In this document: positions 23,145-42,694 of the stretch, piece by piece
How the letters are laid out: each line of letters starts with the position of its first letter
How positions within the stretch are numbered: position 1 is the stretch's first letter
Assembly (NCBI RefSeq): GCF_001677475.2
Contig: NZ_CP015229.1
Length of the DNA stretch: 64,000 nucleotides
DNA from: Escherichia coli
GTDB taxonomy: Bacteria > Pseudomonadota > Gammaproteobacteria > Enterobacterales > Enterobacteriaceae
Reading direction: 5' to 3' (one strand)
Program-made: the position numbers and the translations under genes
Notes under the pieces: generated by a model
The model's database searches: none
Told to the model about the DNA's origin: nothing
What the model saw: only the letters and a program-made list of their open reading frames with translations

Positions 23145-24509
23145 TTATGCCTGACGAATTGCCTGTTCAACCTCAAAGCGATTCGTCACTTTGCTGTCGA
23201 TTTTCACATAAGCTGAATGTTCTTCTTCTGCAATCAACACTTCTTTGACACCCGCGGTTTCCAGCAAACGCACTTTTAACGCCTCGTTTGCGGCAATGTC
23301 CGCCGGGATTTCAATGCGTAAGCTGCTGACATACGGCGGTTCTTTCATGGTACTGGCGACTGCCAGCCACACTGCGGCCAGCATTGCGCCAGCGAGAAAT
23401 ACGCCCTGACCGTCAAACATGCCGTCAATCCAGCCGCCCAGCGAACCGCCAATCGCCACGCCAAGAAACTGGCTGGTGGAGTAAACACCCATCGACGTAC
23501 CTTTGTAACCTGCTGGCGACTCTTTACTGATAAGTGAAGGCAGAAGGGCTTCCATCAAATTAAACGCCACAAAGAAAAGCTGCACGCCGACCACCAGTTG
23601 CCAGAACTGCGTTTGTGCGTTCCACAACACAATTTCCGCAACCACGATCAACCCGACGCAGAAGACAAAGACTTGCTTCATTTTGCGCTTAACTTCAGCG
23701 TAGATAATGAAAGGCACGACCGAGCCAAAGGCGATTAACATCGTTGCCAGGTAGACCTTCCAGTGTTCAGCCGCCGGAAATCCCGCATCAGCCAGTTGCC
23801 CTGGCAGGGCAACAAACGTCGACATCAGCAAAATATGCAGACACATAATGCCAAAGTTGAGTTTCAGCAGCCGCGGTTCCGCCAGCACTTTACTGAAACT
23901 GCCTTTCACCATCCCGGATTCACGATTAAGTACGTGAGTGCTACTGTTGGGCACAACCCAAATGGTCAACGCAATGCCGGTTGTTGCCAGAATAGCGATC
24001 ATCCAGAACAGCGCGTGCAGCCCAAGTTTGTGAGTGATGATCGGGCCAAGCACCATCGCAATGGCAAAGGTAATGCCAAAGCTCACGCCGATAAACGCCA
24101 TCGCTTTGGTGCGGTTTTGTTCGCGCGTGAGATCGGAAAGCAGCGCCATAACGGCAGCGGCAATCGCACCGGAGCCTTGTAGCGCCCGGCCCAGAATAAC
24201 TCCCCAAATGGAGTCAGAAAGCGCAGCGATAACGCTACCGGCGGCAAACACCGCCAGCCCACCGACAATTAATGGTTTGCGACCAATGCGGTCGGAAAGC
24301 AGACCAAACGGAATCTGAAAAACGGCCTGCGTCAGACCATAAATACCAATGGCAATACCGATTAATGCTTCGCTGGCACCTTGCAGAGCCATGCCGTACG
24401 TGGTCAGAACCGGCAGAACCATAAACATGCCCAGCATGCGCAACGAGAATACGGTCCCTAAACCCCAGGTCGCGCGCCTCTCACCTGGCGTCATTTTATA
24501 ATCGTTCAT
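23145..24509 (-). CDS. yajR: MFS transporter YajR
   Basis: ORF 23145..24707 trimmed to MNDYKMTPGERRATWGLGTVF...; 454 aa, multiple hydrophobic helices. Confidence 0.92.
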   Translation of the reverse strand: MNDYKMTPGERRATWGLGTVFSLRMLGMFMVLPVLTTYGMALQGASEALIGIAIGIYGLTQAVFQIPFGLLSDRIGRKPLIVGGLAVFAAGSVIAALSDSIWGVILGRALQGSGAIAAAVMALLSDLTREQNRTKAMAFIGVSFGITFAIAMVLGPIITHKLGLHALFWMIAILATTGIALTIWVVPNSSTHVLNRESGMVKGSFSKVLAEPRLLKLNFGIMCLHILLMSTFVALPGQLADAGFPAAEHWKVYLATMLIAFGSVVPFIIYAEVKRKMKQVFVFCVGLIVVAEIVLWNAQTQFWQLVVGVQLFFVAFNLMEALLPSLISKESPAGYKGTSMGVYSTSQFLGVAIGGSLGGWIDGMFDGQGVFLAGAMLAAVWLAVASTMKEPPYVSSLRIEIPADIAANEALKVRLLETAGVKEVLIAEEEHSAYVKIDSKVTNRFEVEQAIRQA

Positions 24510-24657
24510 TACCACCTCTGTTTTAAATTCGCGACTAGTGTAAAGCGGCAAACGAATGGGGTAAACATGCGGATTTTTTAGTAAATATTTCGAGAGGGAT
24601 ATGTTTCTAATGCTAAGAAAAAAGGTGCCGTAGCACCTTTTTAATAGAGAGATTGTG

Positions 24658-25548
24658 TTACCACACAGCAGCCAGCAGCGTATGCGAATCCGGCACCATA
24701 AAATCAACGGACATCATCACCGAGAGGGCAGTGATGGCGATGATAGAGAAGCCGAACAGCTTGCGCGCCCAGATTCTGTCATCAGCAACTTTATAACCGC
24801 GCAGAGCCATTCCTAACCACCAGACGCTCACCGCCGCGGCGACCACCAGATATTTATATCCAGCGTAACCGCCAAGAGAGAGCATCAGCGTGGCAACGGC
24901 AAAGGCGATGATATACAGCGTGATGTGATTCTTCGCCACCGAAATGCCTTTTACCACTGGTAATACCGGAATGTTTGCCGCCTGGTAATCCTTAAAGCGG
25001 AAAATGGCGATGGCATAGGAGTGAGGCATCTGCCACAGGCTGAAGATAGCCAGCAGGATCGCTGCGCCGCTATCGAACTCGCCGGTTACCGCACAGTAGC
25101 CGATCACCGGCGGCGCAGCGCCGGAAAGCGAACCAATCAACGTGCCGTAGACCGAGTGGCGTTTCATATACAGGCTATAGACGCCGACATAAACCACAAA
25201 GCCCATCACCCCCAGCCAGCAGGCCAGCGGATTCGCGCCAAACCACAGCAGCATAAAGCCAGCAATACCCAGCAAGGTGGCGTACACCAGCGAGACAGCA
25301 GGAGAGATCAGGCCTTTAACCAGCACCCGATTCTTCGTCCTTTCCATCTTTCTGTCGATATCCCTGTCGATGTAGTTGTTAAACACACAACCCGACGCCA
25401 CAACCAGTGACACCCCAACCAGCGTGTAGATAAACAGGGGATAATCAATGCTGCCCTTTGAGGCCAGCAGGAATCCCCCAATCACCGAGATCAGGTTGCC
25501 AAAGATGATGCCTGGTTTCGTTACTTGCAGGTATTGCTTAAACATCAT
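24658..25548 (-). CDS. cyoE: Heme O synthase (protoheme IX farnesyltransferase)
   Basis: ORF trimmed to [22 protein letters not shown]...; 296 aa. Confidence 0.93.
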
Positions 25549-25559
25549 AACCGCCGCTC

Positions 25560-28496
<2,937 letters not shown>

Positions 28497-28505
28497 TCAA
28501 CCCCT

Positions 28506-29453
<948 letters not shown>

Positions 29454-29912
29454 TTAACGACCTCAATTCCACGGGATCTGGTGGCGTTTAAAGTGTGTGG
29501 GCATTTTACGGGAAGGTTACATTACTGTAAACATGATTAAATTCATGTTACTTGGATTTGGCTGTCAGGTCACATATGTTGCAAAACATATCAGGTTGAT
29601 TTTAAGAAGCTGTTGCAAAAGGGCGTTATAACAAAAGGGGAGTGCAGAAGGAGTCTGTGCGGGCAATTGGTATAACCAATGCGAAATAAAACAATTATTT
29701 AACAAATAATTATCATTGGAGTGACAAATGGGTGATGAGAAAATAAAGACTCATTAGCTGAATCGTGTAAGAAAAATAGAATTTATAAATGGCATCAATA
29801 ATTTCCAAACGCTAAGCCGCACAAAAGAACAAATATTAATAAGCGATGCTGATGTTTATTTAGCCGTAATAATTACGGCTAGTGATTACTACAGCTAAAT
29901 AATATTTACAGA
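29454..29912. promoter_or_regulatory. cyoABCDE upstream regulatory region
   Basis: About 460 bp of AT-rich non-coding DNA 5' of cyoA; in K-12 this region carries the cyo promoter and global-regulator sites. Individual sites not resolved by eye. Confidence 0.45.
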
Positions 29913-31388
29913 TTACGTCAGATGCGTTTTTCGTAGCGCCAGATAATCCAGCAAACCACCAAGCACGACGCCAGAAAGGGCGACTAAAACCCCGACTTTC
30001 AGCAGAGCAGGCAGGAAAGAGAAGTGCGTCAAATCCAGCGCGTCCATCGTCAACAGCAGTAACCACACGGCCAACAGGCTGACGCCCGCCGCCAGTGTCC
30101 ACATGGCAAAGGCATAACCTGCCGGATATTCGGTACGGGAGATAAAGTTGTCATTTACTCGTGTATATTCAAGCGTCTGGCGGCAAACCAGCAGCAAAAT
30201 AAGCCCAGGTACGGCAGCGGCGACGGAGAATAGATAGAATGTCGACCAGCCGTGTGCTTCAACAAACCAACCCGCCACGGGGCCGACATAAACTCGCCCT
30301 ACAGCGGAAAGCGCTGAGAGCAGGGCAAATTGAGTAGCGGAAAATGACTTATTACACAGCGTCATTAACAGCGCGACAAAGGCTGATGTGCCCATCCCGC
30401 CACAGAGGTTTTCGAAAAAGACGGCTGCGCCCATGCTGTAGAGATGCTTATCAGTAATCGACAGCAGCCAGTAACCGGCGTTAGACGCACCTTGTAAAAT
30501 ACCGAAAATCAGCAGCGCCCGGAACAGTGACAGGCGCTGCATCAAAATCCCACCGTACAATGCGCCAACAATGGTCGCCAGTAAGCCAAGCGTTTTGTTA
30601 ACCACGCCTACTTCACCCGCATCAAACCCGACGCCACGAATCAAAAACGTGGTTGTCAGGCTCATGGCGAATGCGTCGCCCAGCTTATACAGCACGATAA
30701 GAAGCAAAATAAGCCAGGCATTATTGCGACCAAAGAAATCTCGCAGAGGTGCAACAACCGCTTGTTCCAGCGTTTTGGGCACTGGAATGGTGTCGGTTGG
30801 TTCTGGTGCAAGTAACGTCGCGATAATACAGGGGATCAACAGCGCCGCCATCAACCAGTACATGCCCTGCCAGCCCAGCCATTTATCTGCCAGCCACAGG
30901 GCTAAGCCGCCGGAAACCAGCATCCCTAAACGGTAACCCAGCACGCTGATTGCCGCGCCCGCACCACGTTCTTCTGCCGGGAGCACATCGGTTTTCCACG
31001 CATCGAAGACAATATCCTGGGAGGCAGAGCAAAAAGCGATCACCACCGCCAGCGCCGCCATCCAGCGGAGTTGGGTGCCTGGTTCGAGAAAACCCATCGC
31101 CGCAATGGCGACTAATAACAGGATTTGCGTGGCGAGCAGCCAACCGCGCCGCCGCCCAAAAAATGGGGGTGTGTAGCGGTCCATCAGCGGTGACCAGAGG
31201 AATTTAAAAACGTAAGCCTGGCCTACCAGAGAGAAGAAACCAATGGTTTTGAGATCGATATTCTCGACCGTCATCCAGGCCTGTAAGGTGCCGGATGTCA
31301 GGGCGAGCGGTAGCCCGGAAGCAAAACCCAGGATCAGCAATATGGCTGAACGCGGCTGTTGAAAAATACGTAAATATTGACTGGACAT
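29913..31388 (-). CDS. ampG: Muropeptide permease AmpG
   Basis: 491-aa ORF, MSSQYLRIFQQPRSAILLILGFASGLPLALTSGTLQAWM... Confidence 0.95.
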   Translation of the reverse strand: MSSQYLRIFQQPRSAILLILGFASGLPLALTSGTLQAWMTVENIDLKTIGFFSLVGQAYVFKFLWSPLMDRYTPPFFGRRRGWLLATQILLLVAIAAMGFLEPGTQLRWMAALAVVIAFCSASQDIVFDAWKTDVLPAEERGAGAAISVLGYRLGMLVSGGLALWLADKWLGWQGMYWLMAALLIPCIIATLLAPEPTDTIPVPKTLEQAVVAPLRDFFGRNNAWLILLLIVLYKLGDAFAMSLTTTFLIRGVGFDAGEVGVVNKTLGLLATIVGALYGGILMQRLSLFRALLIFGILQGASNAGYWLLSITDKHLYSMGAAVFFENLCGGMGTSAFVALLMTLCNKSFSATQFALLSALSAVGRVYVGPVAGWFVEAHGWSTFYLFSVAAAVPGLILLLVCRQTLEYTRVNDNFISRTEYPAGYAFAMWTLAAGVSLLAVWLLLLTMDALDLTHFSFLPALLKVGVLVALSGVVLGGLLDYLALRKTHLT

Positions 31389-31431
31389 GGGCGTCTACAG
31401 GCCCGGCTTGCACCGGGCCAGAGGGCAGAAA

Positions 31432-32010
31432 TTAACGCGCGTTCTGCTTGATGAATTCGTGAATGCTGGTGTCCTGAGACATATCAGCGATGGTATCGGT
31501 CAGCACACTGTTAACCGCATCGGCGATATTTTTGTTGGAGGCCTGGAACGCACCTTCAACGTTGTAGCTGGCACGATAGTTTTTGGTCATTTTGTTGCCA
31601 TTCTGCGCGGTAGCGATGATGGCGATATCCGCTTTGGTAGCGATGTTGTAGCGCACGTTGCCCTGGGACACGTCAGCATACAGTTGGCTAACGATGATTT
31701 GCAGATTAACTGGGCCATTCGGACCAACCATGTAACCACGCGCGGTCATCTGTTTTTCCAGTACTTCTTGCAGCAGGAAACGCAGATCGCGGGAGGCGGT
31801 CAGGGTAACGATTTGATTATCGCGGGTGACTTTTGCCAGCGCCTGATCGGTACGCTGATCGGCACCATTAATGCTTACGGTGACGCCCATCAGGCTCGGA
31901 TCCTGCTGTGGCAGTGTAATCGTCGGTGAAACTTCAATAGTTGTTGGCGGTTTTGCGCATCCTGCAAGCATAAACAGAGCAACTAACGGGAAGAGGATTT
32001 TTTTGAACAT
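31432..32010 (-). CDS. yajG: Lipoprotein YajG
   Basis: ORF 31432..32169 trimmed to MFKKILFPLVALFMLAGC (lipobox); 192 aa. Confidence 0.9.
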   Translation of the reverse strand: MFKKILFPLVALFMLAGCAKPPTTIEVSPTITLPQQDPSLMGVTVSINGADQRTDQALAKVTRDNQIVTLTASRDLRFLLQEVLEKQMTARGYMVGPNGPVNLQIIVSQLYADVSQGNVRYNIATKADIAIIATAQNGNKMTKNYRASYNVEGAFQASNKNIADAVNSVLTDTIADMSQDTSIHEFIKQNAR

Positions 32011-32314
32011 GTTCGGGCTCTCAGAGACTCTTAAGCGTGTTTGGTAAAAATTCCCGCCATCATAACATTGCCAACGGCGAGGGGAAGTGGGTAAGGCATG
32101 TAAATTCATCATGTTGACGAAATAATCGCCCCTGGTAAAAGAAACGCTGATGCGAGGCCGGTGTTTCAATCTTTAAATCAGTAAACTTCATACGCTTGAC
32201 GGAAAAACCAGGACGAAACCTAAATATTTGTTGTTAAGCTGCAATGGAAACGGTAAAAGCGGCTAGTATTTAAAGGGATGGATGACATCTCAGCGTTGTC
32301 GGAGGAGATATTTC

Positions 32315-32632
32315 ATGATGATACGTGAGCGGATAGAAGAAAAATTAAGGGCGGCGTTCCAACCCGTATTCCTCGAAGTAGTGGATGAAAGCTATCGTCA
32401 CAATGTCCCAGCCGGCTCTGAAAGCCATTTTAAAGTTGTGCTGGTCAGCGATCGTTTTACGGGTGAACGTTTTCTGAATCGTCATCGAATGATTTACAGT
32501 ACTTTAGCGGAGGAACTCTCTACTACCGTTCATGCGCTGGCTCTGCATACTTACACTATTAAGGAGTGGGAAGGGTTGCAGGACACCGTCTTTGCCTCTC
32601 CTCCCTGTCGTGGAGCAGGAAGCATCGCGTAA
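32315..32632 (+). CDS. bolA: Stress-response and morphogene regulator BolA
   Basis: ORF 32282..32632 trimmed to [17 protein letters not shown]...; 105 aa. Confidence 0.92.
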
Positions 32633-32966
32633 AAACGCATTTGCAACTGTCGGCGCTTTTCCAGTATGTTGCTAAAGATTTTATGAAAAACGGCCTGCGG
32701 GCCGTTTTGTTTTGTCTGGATTTTGCGCTTTTTGCCCAGCATTCAGACGAAAATTGCCCGGGAATTGTGAAAAAATACGCGACAGCGCGCAATAACCGTT
32801 CTCGACTCATAAAAGTGATGCCGCTATAATGCCGCGTCCTATTTGAATGCTTTCGGGATGATTCTGGTAACAGGGAATGTGATTGATTATAAGAACATCC
32901 CGGTTCCGCGAAGCCAACAACCTGTGCTTGCGGGGTAAGAGTTGACCGAGCACTGTGATTTTTTGA

Positions 32967-34274
<1,308 letters not shown>

Positions 34275-34307
34275 TTTACGCAGCATAACGCGCTAAATTC
34301 GCACAAA

Positions 34308-34340
34308 GGCCCGTCACCGCCAGGTGGTGGGCTTTTTTTT
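34308..34340 (+). terminator. Putative rho-independent terminator after tig
   Basis: GC-rich imperfect hairpin (ccgtcaccgccaggtggtggg) followed by a run of 8 T. Confidence 0.55.
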
Positions 34341-34411
34341 GTCATGAATTTTGCATGGAACCGTGCGAAAAGCCTCTTTCGGTGTTAGCGTAACAACAAA
34401 AGATTGTTATG

Positions 34412-34441
34412 CTTGAAATATGGTGATGCCGTACCCATAAC
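34412..34441 (+). promoter_or_regulatory. clpP heat-shock (sigma-32 type) promoter
   Basis: cttgaaa (34412-34418), 13-bp spacer, then tacccataa, matching the sigma-32 consensus CTTGAAA / CCCCATnT; about 80 bp upstream of clpP. Confidence 0.55.
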
Positions 34442-34519
34442 ACAGGGACTAGCTGATAATCCGTCCATAAGGTTACAATCGGTACAGCAGGTTTTTTCAA
34501 TTTTATCCAGGAGACGGAA

Positions 34520-35143
34520 ATGTCATACAGCGGCGAACGAGATAACTTTGCACCCCATATGGCGCTGGTGCCGATGGTCATTGAACAGACCTCACGAGGT
34601 GAGCGCTCTTTTGATATCTATTCTCGTCTACTTAAGGAACGCGTCATTTTTCTGACTGGCCAGGTTGAAGACCACATGGCTAACCTGATTGTGGCGCAGA
34701 TGCTGTTCCTGGAAGCAGAAAACCCAGAAAAAGATATCTATCTGTACATTAACTCCCCTGGCGGGGTGATTACTGCCGGGATGTCTATCTATGACACCAT
34801 GCAGTTTATCAAGCCTGATGTCAGCACCATCTGTATGGGCCAGGCGGCCTCGATGGGCGCTTTCTTGCTGACTGCAGGGGCAAAAGGTAAACGTTTTTGC
34901 CTGCCGAATTCGCGCGTGATGATTCACCAACCGTTGGGCGGCTACCAGGGCCAGGCGACCGATATCGAAATTCATGCCCGTGAAATTCTGAAAGTTAAAG
35001 GGCGCATGAATGAACTTATGGCGCTTCATACGGGTCAATCATTAGAACAGATTGAACGTGATACCGAGCGCGATCGCTTCCTTTCTGCCCCTGAAGCGGT
35101 GGAATACGGTCTGGTCGATTCGATTCTGACCCATCGTAATTGA
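34520..35143 (+). CDS. clpP: ATP-dependent Clp protease proteolytic subunit
   Basis: 207-aa [41 protein letters not shown]... Confidence 0.97.
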   Translation: MSYSGERDNFAPHMALVPMVIEQTSRGERSFDIYSRLLKERVIFLTGQVEDHMANLIVAQMLFLEAENPEKDIYLYINSPGGVITAGMSIYDTMQFIKPDVSTICMGQAASMGAFLLTAGAKGKRFCLPNSRVMIHQPLGGYQGQATDIEIHAREILKVKGRMNELMALHTGQSLEQIERDTERDRFLSAPEAVEYGLVDSILTHRN

Positions 35144-35268
35144 TGCCAGAGGCGCAACTGTGCCGCTATACTTATCCAGGGCGGCACAACGCTGTAAGCG
35201 GCTTGCGCCTGAGAATGGCATTTGCGTCGTCGTGTGCGGCACAAAGAACAAAGAAGAGGTTTTGACCC

Positions 35269-36543
35269 ATGACAGATAAACGCAAAGATGGCTCAGGCAA
35301 ATTGCTGTATTGCTCTTTTTGCGGCAAAAGCCAGCATGAAGTGCGCAAGCTGATTGCCGGTCCATCCGTGTATATCTGCGACGAATGTGTTGATTTATGT
35401 AACGACATCATTCGCGAAGAGATTAAAGAAGTTGCACCGCATCGTGAACGCAGTGCGCTACCGACGCCGCATGAAATTCGCAACCACCTGGACGATTACG
35501 TTATCGGTCAGGAACAGGCGAAAAAAGTGCTGGCGGTCGCGGTATATAACCATTACAAACGTCTGCGCAACGGCGATACCAGCAATGGCGTCGAGTTGGG
35601 CAAAAGTAACATTCTGCTGATCGGTCCGACCGGTTCCGGTAAAACGCTGCTGGCCGAAACGCTGGCGCGCCTGCTGGACGTCCCGTTCACCATGGCCGAC
35701 GCAACCACGCTGACCGAAGCCGGTTATGTGGGCGAAGACGTTGAAAACATCATTCAGAAGCTGTTGCAAAAGTGCGATTACGACGTACAGAAAGCGCAGC
35801 GCGGGATTGTCTACATCGATGAAATCGACAAGATTTCTCGTAAGTCAGATAACCCGTCTATTACCCGTGACGTTTCCGGTGAAGGCGTACAGCAGGCACT
35901 GTTGAAACTGATCGAAGGTACGGTAGCTGCTGTTCCGCCGCAAGGTGGGCGTAAACATCCGCAGCAGGAATTCTTGCAGGTTGATACCTCTAAGATCCTG
36001 TTTATCTGTGGCGGTGCGTTTGCCGGTCTGGATAAAGTGATTTCCCATCGTGTAGAAACCGGCTCCGGCATTGGTTTTGGCGCGACGGTAAAAGCGAAAT
36101 CCGACAAAGCAAGCGAAGGCGAGCTGCTGGCGCAGGTTGAACCGGAAGATCTGATCAAGTTTGGTCTGATCCCTGAGTTCATTGGTCGTCTACCGGTTGT
36201 CGCAACGTTGAATGAACTGAGCGAAGAAGCTCTGATTCAGATCCTCAAAGAGCCGAAAAACGCCCTGACCAAGCAGTATCAGGCGCTGTTTAATCTGGAA
36301 GGTGTGGATCTGGAATTCCGTGACGAGGCGCTGGATGCTATCGCTAAGAAAGCGATGGCGCGTAAAACCGGTGCCCGTGGCCTGCGTTCCATCGTAGAAG
36401 CCGCACTGCTCGATACCATGTACGATCTGCCGTCCATGGAAGACGTCGAAAAAGTGGTTATCGACGAATCGGTAATTGATGGTCAAAGCAAGCCGTTGCT
36501 GATTTATGGCAAGCCGGAAGCGCAACAGGCATCTGGTGAATAA
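35269..36543 (+). CDS. clpX: ATP-dependent Clp protease ATP-binding subunit ClpX
   Basis: 424-aa [28 protein letters not shown]... (zinc-binding domain), Walker A GPTGSGKT. Confidence 0.97.
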
Positions 36544-36620
36544 TTAACCATTCCCATACAATTAGTTAACCAAAAAGGGGGGATTTTATCTCCCCTTTAA
36601 TTTTTCCTCTATTCTCGGCG

Positions 36621-36650
36621 TTGAATGTGGGGGAAACATCCCCATATACT
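36621..36650 (+). promoter_or_regulatory. lon heat-shock (sigma-32 type) promoter
   Basis: ttgaat at 36621-36626, then ccccatatact at 36640-36650; resembles the sigma-32 consensus; about 80 bp upstream of the lon ATG. Confidence 0.55.
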
Positions 36651-36730
36651 GACGTACATGTTAATAGATGGCGTGAAGCACAGTCGTGTCATCTGATTAC
36701 CTGGCGGAAATTAAACTAAGAGAGAGCTCT

Positions 36731-39085
36731 ATGAATCCTGAGCGTTCTGAACGCATTGAAATCCCCGTATTGCCGCTGCGCGATGTGGTGGTTTATCCGC
36801 ACATGGTCATCCCCTTATTTGTCGGGCGGGAAAAATCTATCCGTTGTCTGGAAGCGGCGATGGACCATGATAAAAAAATTATGCTGGTCGCGCAGAAAGA
36901 AGCTTCAACGGATGAGCCGGGTGTAAACGATCTTTTCACCGTCGGGACCGTGGCCTCTATATTGCAGATGCTGAAACTGCCTGACGGCACCGTCAAAGTG
37001 CTGGTCGAGGGGTTACAGCGCGCGCGTATTTCTGCGCTCTCTGACAATGGCGAACACTTTTCTGCGAAGGCGGAGTATCTGGAGTCGCCGACCATTGATG
37101 AGCGGGAACAGGAAGTGCTGGTGCGTACTGCAATCAGCCAGTTCGAAGGCTACATCAAGCTGAACAAAAAAATCCCACCAGAAGTGCTGACGTCGCTGAA
37201 TAGCATCGACGATCCGGCGCGTCTGGCGGATACCATTGCTGCACATATGCCGCTGAAACTGGCTGACAAACAGTCCGTTCTGGAGATGTCCGACGTTAAC
37301 GAACGTCTGGAATATCTGATGGCAATGATGGAATCGGAAATCGATCTGCTGCAGGTTGAGAAACGCATTCGCAACCGTGTTAAAAAGCAGATGGAGAAAT
37401 CCCAGCGTGAGTACTATCTGAACGAGCAAATGAAAGCTATTCAGAAAGAACTCGGTGAAATGGACGACGCACCGGACGAAAACGAAGCCCTGAAGCGCAA
37501 AATCGACGCGGCGAAGATGCCGAAAGAGGCAAAAGAGAAAGCGGAAGCAGAGTTGCAGAAGCTGAAAATGATGTCTCCGATGTCGGCAGAAGCGACCGTA
37601 GTGCGTGGTTATATCGACTGGATGGTACAGGTGCCGTGGAATGCGCGTAGCAAGGTCAAAAAAGACCTGCGTCAGGCGCAGGAAATCCTTGATACCGACC
37701 ATTATGGTCTGGAGCGCGTGAAAGATCGTATCCTTGAGTATCTTGCGGTTCAAAGCCGTGTCAACAAAATCAAGGGACCGATCCTCTGTCTGGTAGGGCC
37801 GCCGGGGGTAGGTAAAACGTCCCTGGGTCAGTCCATTGCCAAAGCCACCGGGCGTAAATATGTCCGTATGGCGCTGGGCGGCGTGCGTGATGAAGCGGAA
37901 ATCCGTGGTCACCGCCGTACTTACATCGGTTCTATGCCGGGTAAACTGATCCAGAAAATGGCGAAAGTGGGCGTGAAAAACCCGCTGTTCCTGCTTGATG
38001 AGATCGACAAAATGTCTTCTGACATGCGTGGCGATCCGGCCTCCGCACTGCTTGAAGTGCTGGATCCAGAGCAGAACGTAGCGTTCAGCGACCACTACCT
38101 GGAAGTGGATTACGATCTCAGCGACGTGATGTTTGTCGCGACGTCGAACTCCATGAACATTCCGGCACCGCTGCTGGATCGTATGGAAGTGATTCGCCTC
38201 TCCGGTTATACCGAAGATGAAAAACTGAACATCGCCAAACGTCACCTGCTGCCGAAGCAGATTGAACGTAATGCACTGAAAAAAGGTGAGCTGACCGTCG
38301 ACGATAGCGCCATTATCGGCATTATTCGTTACTACACCCGTGAGGCGGGCGTGCGTGGTCTGGAGCGTGAAATCTCCAAACTGTGCCGCAAAGCGGTTAA
38401 GCAGTTGCTGCTCGATAAGTCATTAAAACATATCGAAATTAACGGCGATAACCTGCATGACTATCTCGGTGTTCAGCGTTTCGACTATGGACGCGCGGAT
38501 AACGAAAACCGTGTTGGTCAGGTAACTGGTCTGGCGTGGACGGAAGTGGGCGGTGACTTGCTGACCATTGAAACCGCGTGCGTTCCGGGTAAAGGCAAAC
38601 TGACCTATACCGGATCGCTTGGCGAAGTGATGCAGGAGTCCATTCAGGCGGCGTTAACGGTGGTTCGTGCGCGTGCGGAAAAACTGGGGATCAACCCTGA
38701 TTTTTACGAAAAACGCGACATCCACGTCCACGTACCGGAAGGTGCGACGCCGAAAGATGGTCCGAGTGCCGGTATTGCTATGTGCACCGCGCTGGTTTCT
38801 TGCCTGACCGGTAACCCGGTTCGTGCCGATGTGGCAATGACCGGTGAGATCACTCTGCGTGGTCAGGTACTGCCGATCGGTGGTTTGAAAGAAAAACTAC
38901 TGGCAGCGCATCGCGGCGGGATTAAAACAGTGCTAATTCCGTTCGAAAATAAACGCGATCTGGAAGAGATTCCTGACAACGTAATTGCCGATCTGGACAT
39001 TCATCCTGTGAAGCGCATTGAGGAAGTTCTGACTCTGGCGCTGCAAAATGAACCGTCTGGCATGCAGGTTGTGACTGCAAAATAG
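36731..39085 (+). CDS. lon: ATP-dependent protease Lon
   Basis: ORF 36686..39085 trimmed to [25 protein letters not shown]...; 784 aa; Walker [10 protein letters not shown], catalytic PKDGPSAG. Confidence 0.96.
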   Translation: MNPERSERIEIPVLPLRDVVVYPHMVIPLFVGREKSIRCLEAAMDHDKKIMLVAQKEASTDEPGVNDLFTVGTVASILQMLKLPDGTVKVLVEGLQRARISALSDNGEHFSAKAEYLESPTIDEREQEVLVRTAISQFEGYIKLNKKIPPEVLTSLNSIDDPARLADTIAAHMPLKLADKQSVLEMSDVNERLEYLMAMMESEIDLLQVEKRIRNRVKKQMEKSQREYYLNEQMKAIQKELGEMDDAPDENEALKRKIDAAKMPKEAKEKAEAELQKLKMMSPMSAEATVVRGYIDWMVQVPWNARSKVKKDLRQAQEILDTDHYGLERVKDRILEYLAVQSRVNKIKGPILCLVGPPGVGKTSLGQSIAKATGRKYVRMALGGVRDEAEIRGHRRTYIGSMPGKLIQKMAKVGVKNPLFLLDEIDKMSSDMRGDPASALLEVLDPEQNVAFSDHYLEVDYDLSDVMFVATSNSMNIPAPLLDRMEVIRLSGYTEDEKLNIAKRHLLPKQIERNALKKGELTVDDSAIIGIIRYYTREAGVRGLEREISKLCRKAVKQLLLDKSLKHIEINGDNLHDYLGVQRFDYGRADNENRVGQVTGLAWTEVGGDLLTIETACVPGKGKLTYTGSLGEVMQESIQAALTVVRARAEKLGINPDFYEKRDIHVHVPEGATPKDGPSAGIAMCTALVSCLTGNPVRADVAMTGEITLRGQVLPIGGLKEKLLAAHRGGIKTVLIPFENKRDLEEIPDNVIADLDIHPVKRIEEVLTLALQNEPSGMQVVTAK

Positions 39086-39116
39086 TGACCTCGCGCAAAA
39101 TGCACTAATAAAAACA

Positions 39117-39157
39117 GGGCTGGCAGGCTAATTCGGGCTTGCCAGCCTTTTTTTGTC
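39117..39157 (+). terminator. Rho-independent terminator after lon
   Basis: gggctggcaggc ... gcttgccagcc stem followed by ttttttt. Confidence 0.7.
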
Positions 39158-39293
39158 TCGCTAAGTTAGATGGCGGATCGGGCTTGCCCTTATTAAGGGG
39201 TGTTGTAAGGGGATGGCTGGCCTGATATAACTGCTGCGCGTTCGTACCTTGAAGGATTCAAGTGCGATATAAATTATAAAGAGGAAGAGAAGA

Positions 39294-39566
39294 GTGAATA
39301 AATCTCAATTGATCGACAAGATTGCTGCAGGGGCTGATATCTCTAAAGCTGCGGCTGGCCGTGCGTTAGATGCTATTATTGCTTCCGTAACTGAATCTCT
39401 GAAAGAAGGGGATGATGTAGCACTGGTAGGTTTTGGTACTTTTGCCGTTAAAGAGCGTGCTGCCCGTACTGGCCGCAACCCGCAGACCGGTAAAGAGATC
39501 ACCATCGCTGCCGCTAAAGTACCGAGCTTCCGTGCAGGTAAAGCACTGAAAGACGCGGTAAACTAA
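39294..39566 (+). CDS. hupB: DNA-binding protein HU-beta
   Basis: 90-aa ORF, GTG start, [32 protein letters not shown]... Confidence 0.96.
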
Positions 39567-39599
39567 GCGTTGTCCCCAGTGGGGATGTGACGAAGTTCA

Positions 39600-39630
39600 A
39601 GGGCGCATCTACTGATGTGCCTTTTTTATT
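39600..39630 (+). terminator. Rho-independent terminator after hupB
   Basis: gggcgcatctactgatgtgcc hairpin followed by ttttttatttg. Confidence 0.65.
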
Positions 39631-39757
39631 TGTATTCGGTGACTTTCTGCGTCTTGTGGGCTGACAATTGCCCCCGTTTCTTGTCACAATAGGCCTTTGC
39701 GCGCATCGATACGTTGCGTGAGGTACACAGTCATCTACAGCGGAGTGTTGTTACACC

Positions 39758-42203
<2,446 letters not shown>

Positions 42204-42244
42204 TGACCTCTGTACTTATAACAACAACGTAAGGTTCTCGCGCT

Positions 42245-42643
42245 ATGCAAACACAAATCAAAGTTCGTGGATATCATCTCGATGTTTACCAGCACGTTAA
42301 TAACGCCCGCTATCTGGAGTTTCTCGAAGAAGCCCGCTGGGATGGGTTGGAAAATAGCGACAGTTTTCAGTGGATGACGGCCCATAACATCGCCTTCGTC
42401 GTGGTCAATATCAATATTAACTATCGTCGCCCGGCGGTATTAAGCGACCTGTTAACCATTACCAGTCAGTTGCAGCAATTAAACGGTAAAAGCGGCATCT
42501 TAAGCCAGGTCATTACACTGGAGCCGGAAGGGCAGGTGGTAGCGGATGCGCTTATTACGTTTGTTTGTATTGATCTTAAAACGCAGAAAGCATTAGCTCT
42601 GGAAGGGGAATTGCGCGAAAAGCTCGAGCAGATGGTTAAGTAA
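42245..42643 (+). CDS. fadM: Long-chain acyl-CoA thioesterase III (FadM/YbaW)
   Basis: 132-aa ORF, MQTQIKVRGYHLDVYQHVNNARYLEFLEEARWDGL... (hot-dog fold thioesterase motif). Confidence 0.92.
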   Translation: MQTQIKVRGYHLDVYQHVNNARYLEFLEEARWDGLENSDSFQWMTAHNIAFVVVNININYRRPAVLSDLLTITSQLQQLNGKSGILSQVITLEPEGQVVADALITFVCIDLKTQKALALEGELREKLEQMVK

Positions 42644-42655
42644 ACGTTTTGTGGT

Positions 42656-42680
42656 GCCGGATGCTCAAGCCGCATCCGGC
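42656..42680. terminator. Hairpin between convergent fadM and queC (REP-like, probable bidirectional terminator)
   Basis: Perfect 9-bp inverted repeat gccggatgc / gcatccggc with a 7-nt loop. Confidence 0.5.
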
Positions 42681-42694
42681 GACACCCGGAATAA

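Noticed and set aside
37013-38245. 410-aa minus-strand ORF inside lon, and similar long antisense ORFs inside thiI (19785-20894), cyoB (26430-27791), secD (5855-6598) and acrB (60120-60821)
   Set aside because: All are antisense shadows of well-supported highly expressed genes; their translations are compositionally odd (Arg/His/Phe-rich) and lack ribosome-binding sites.
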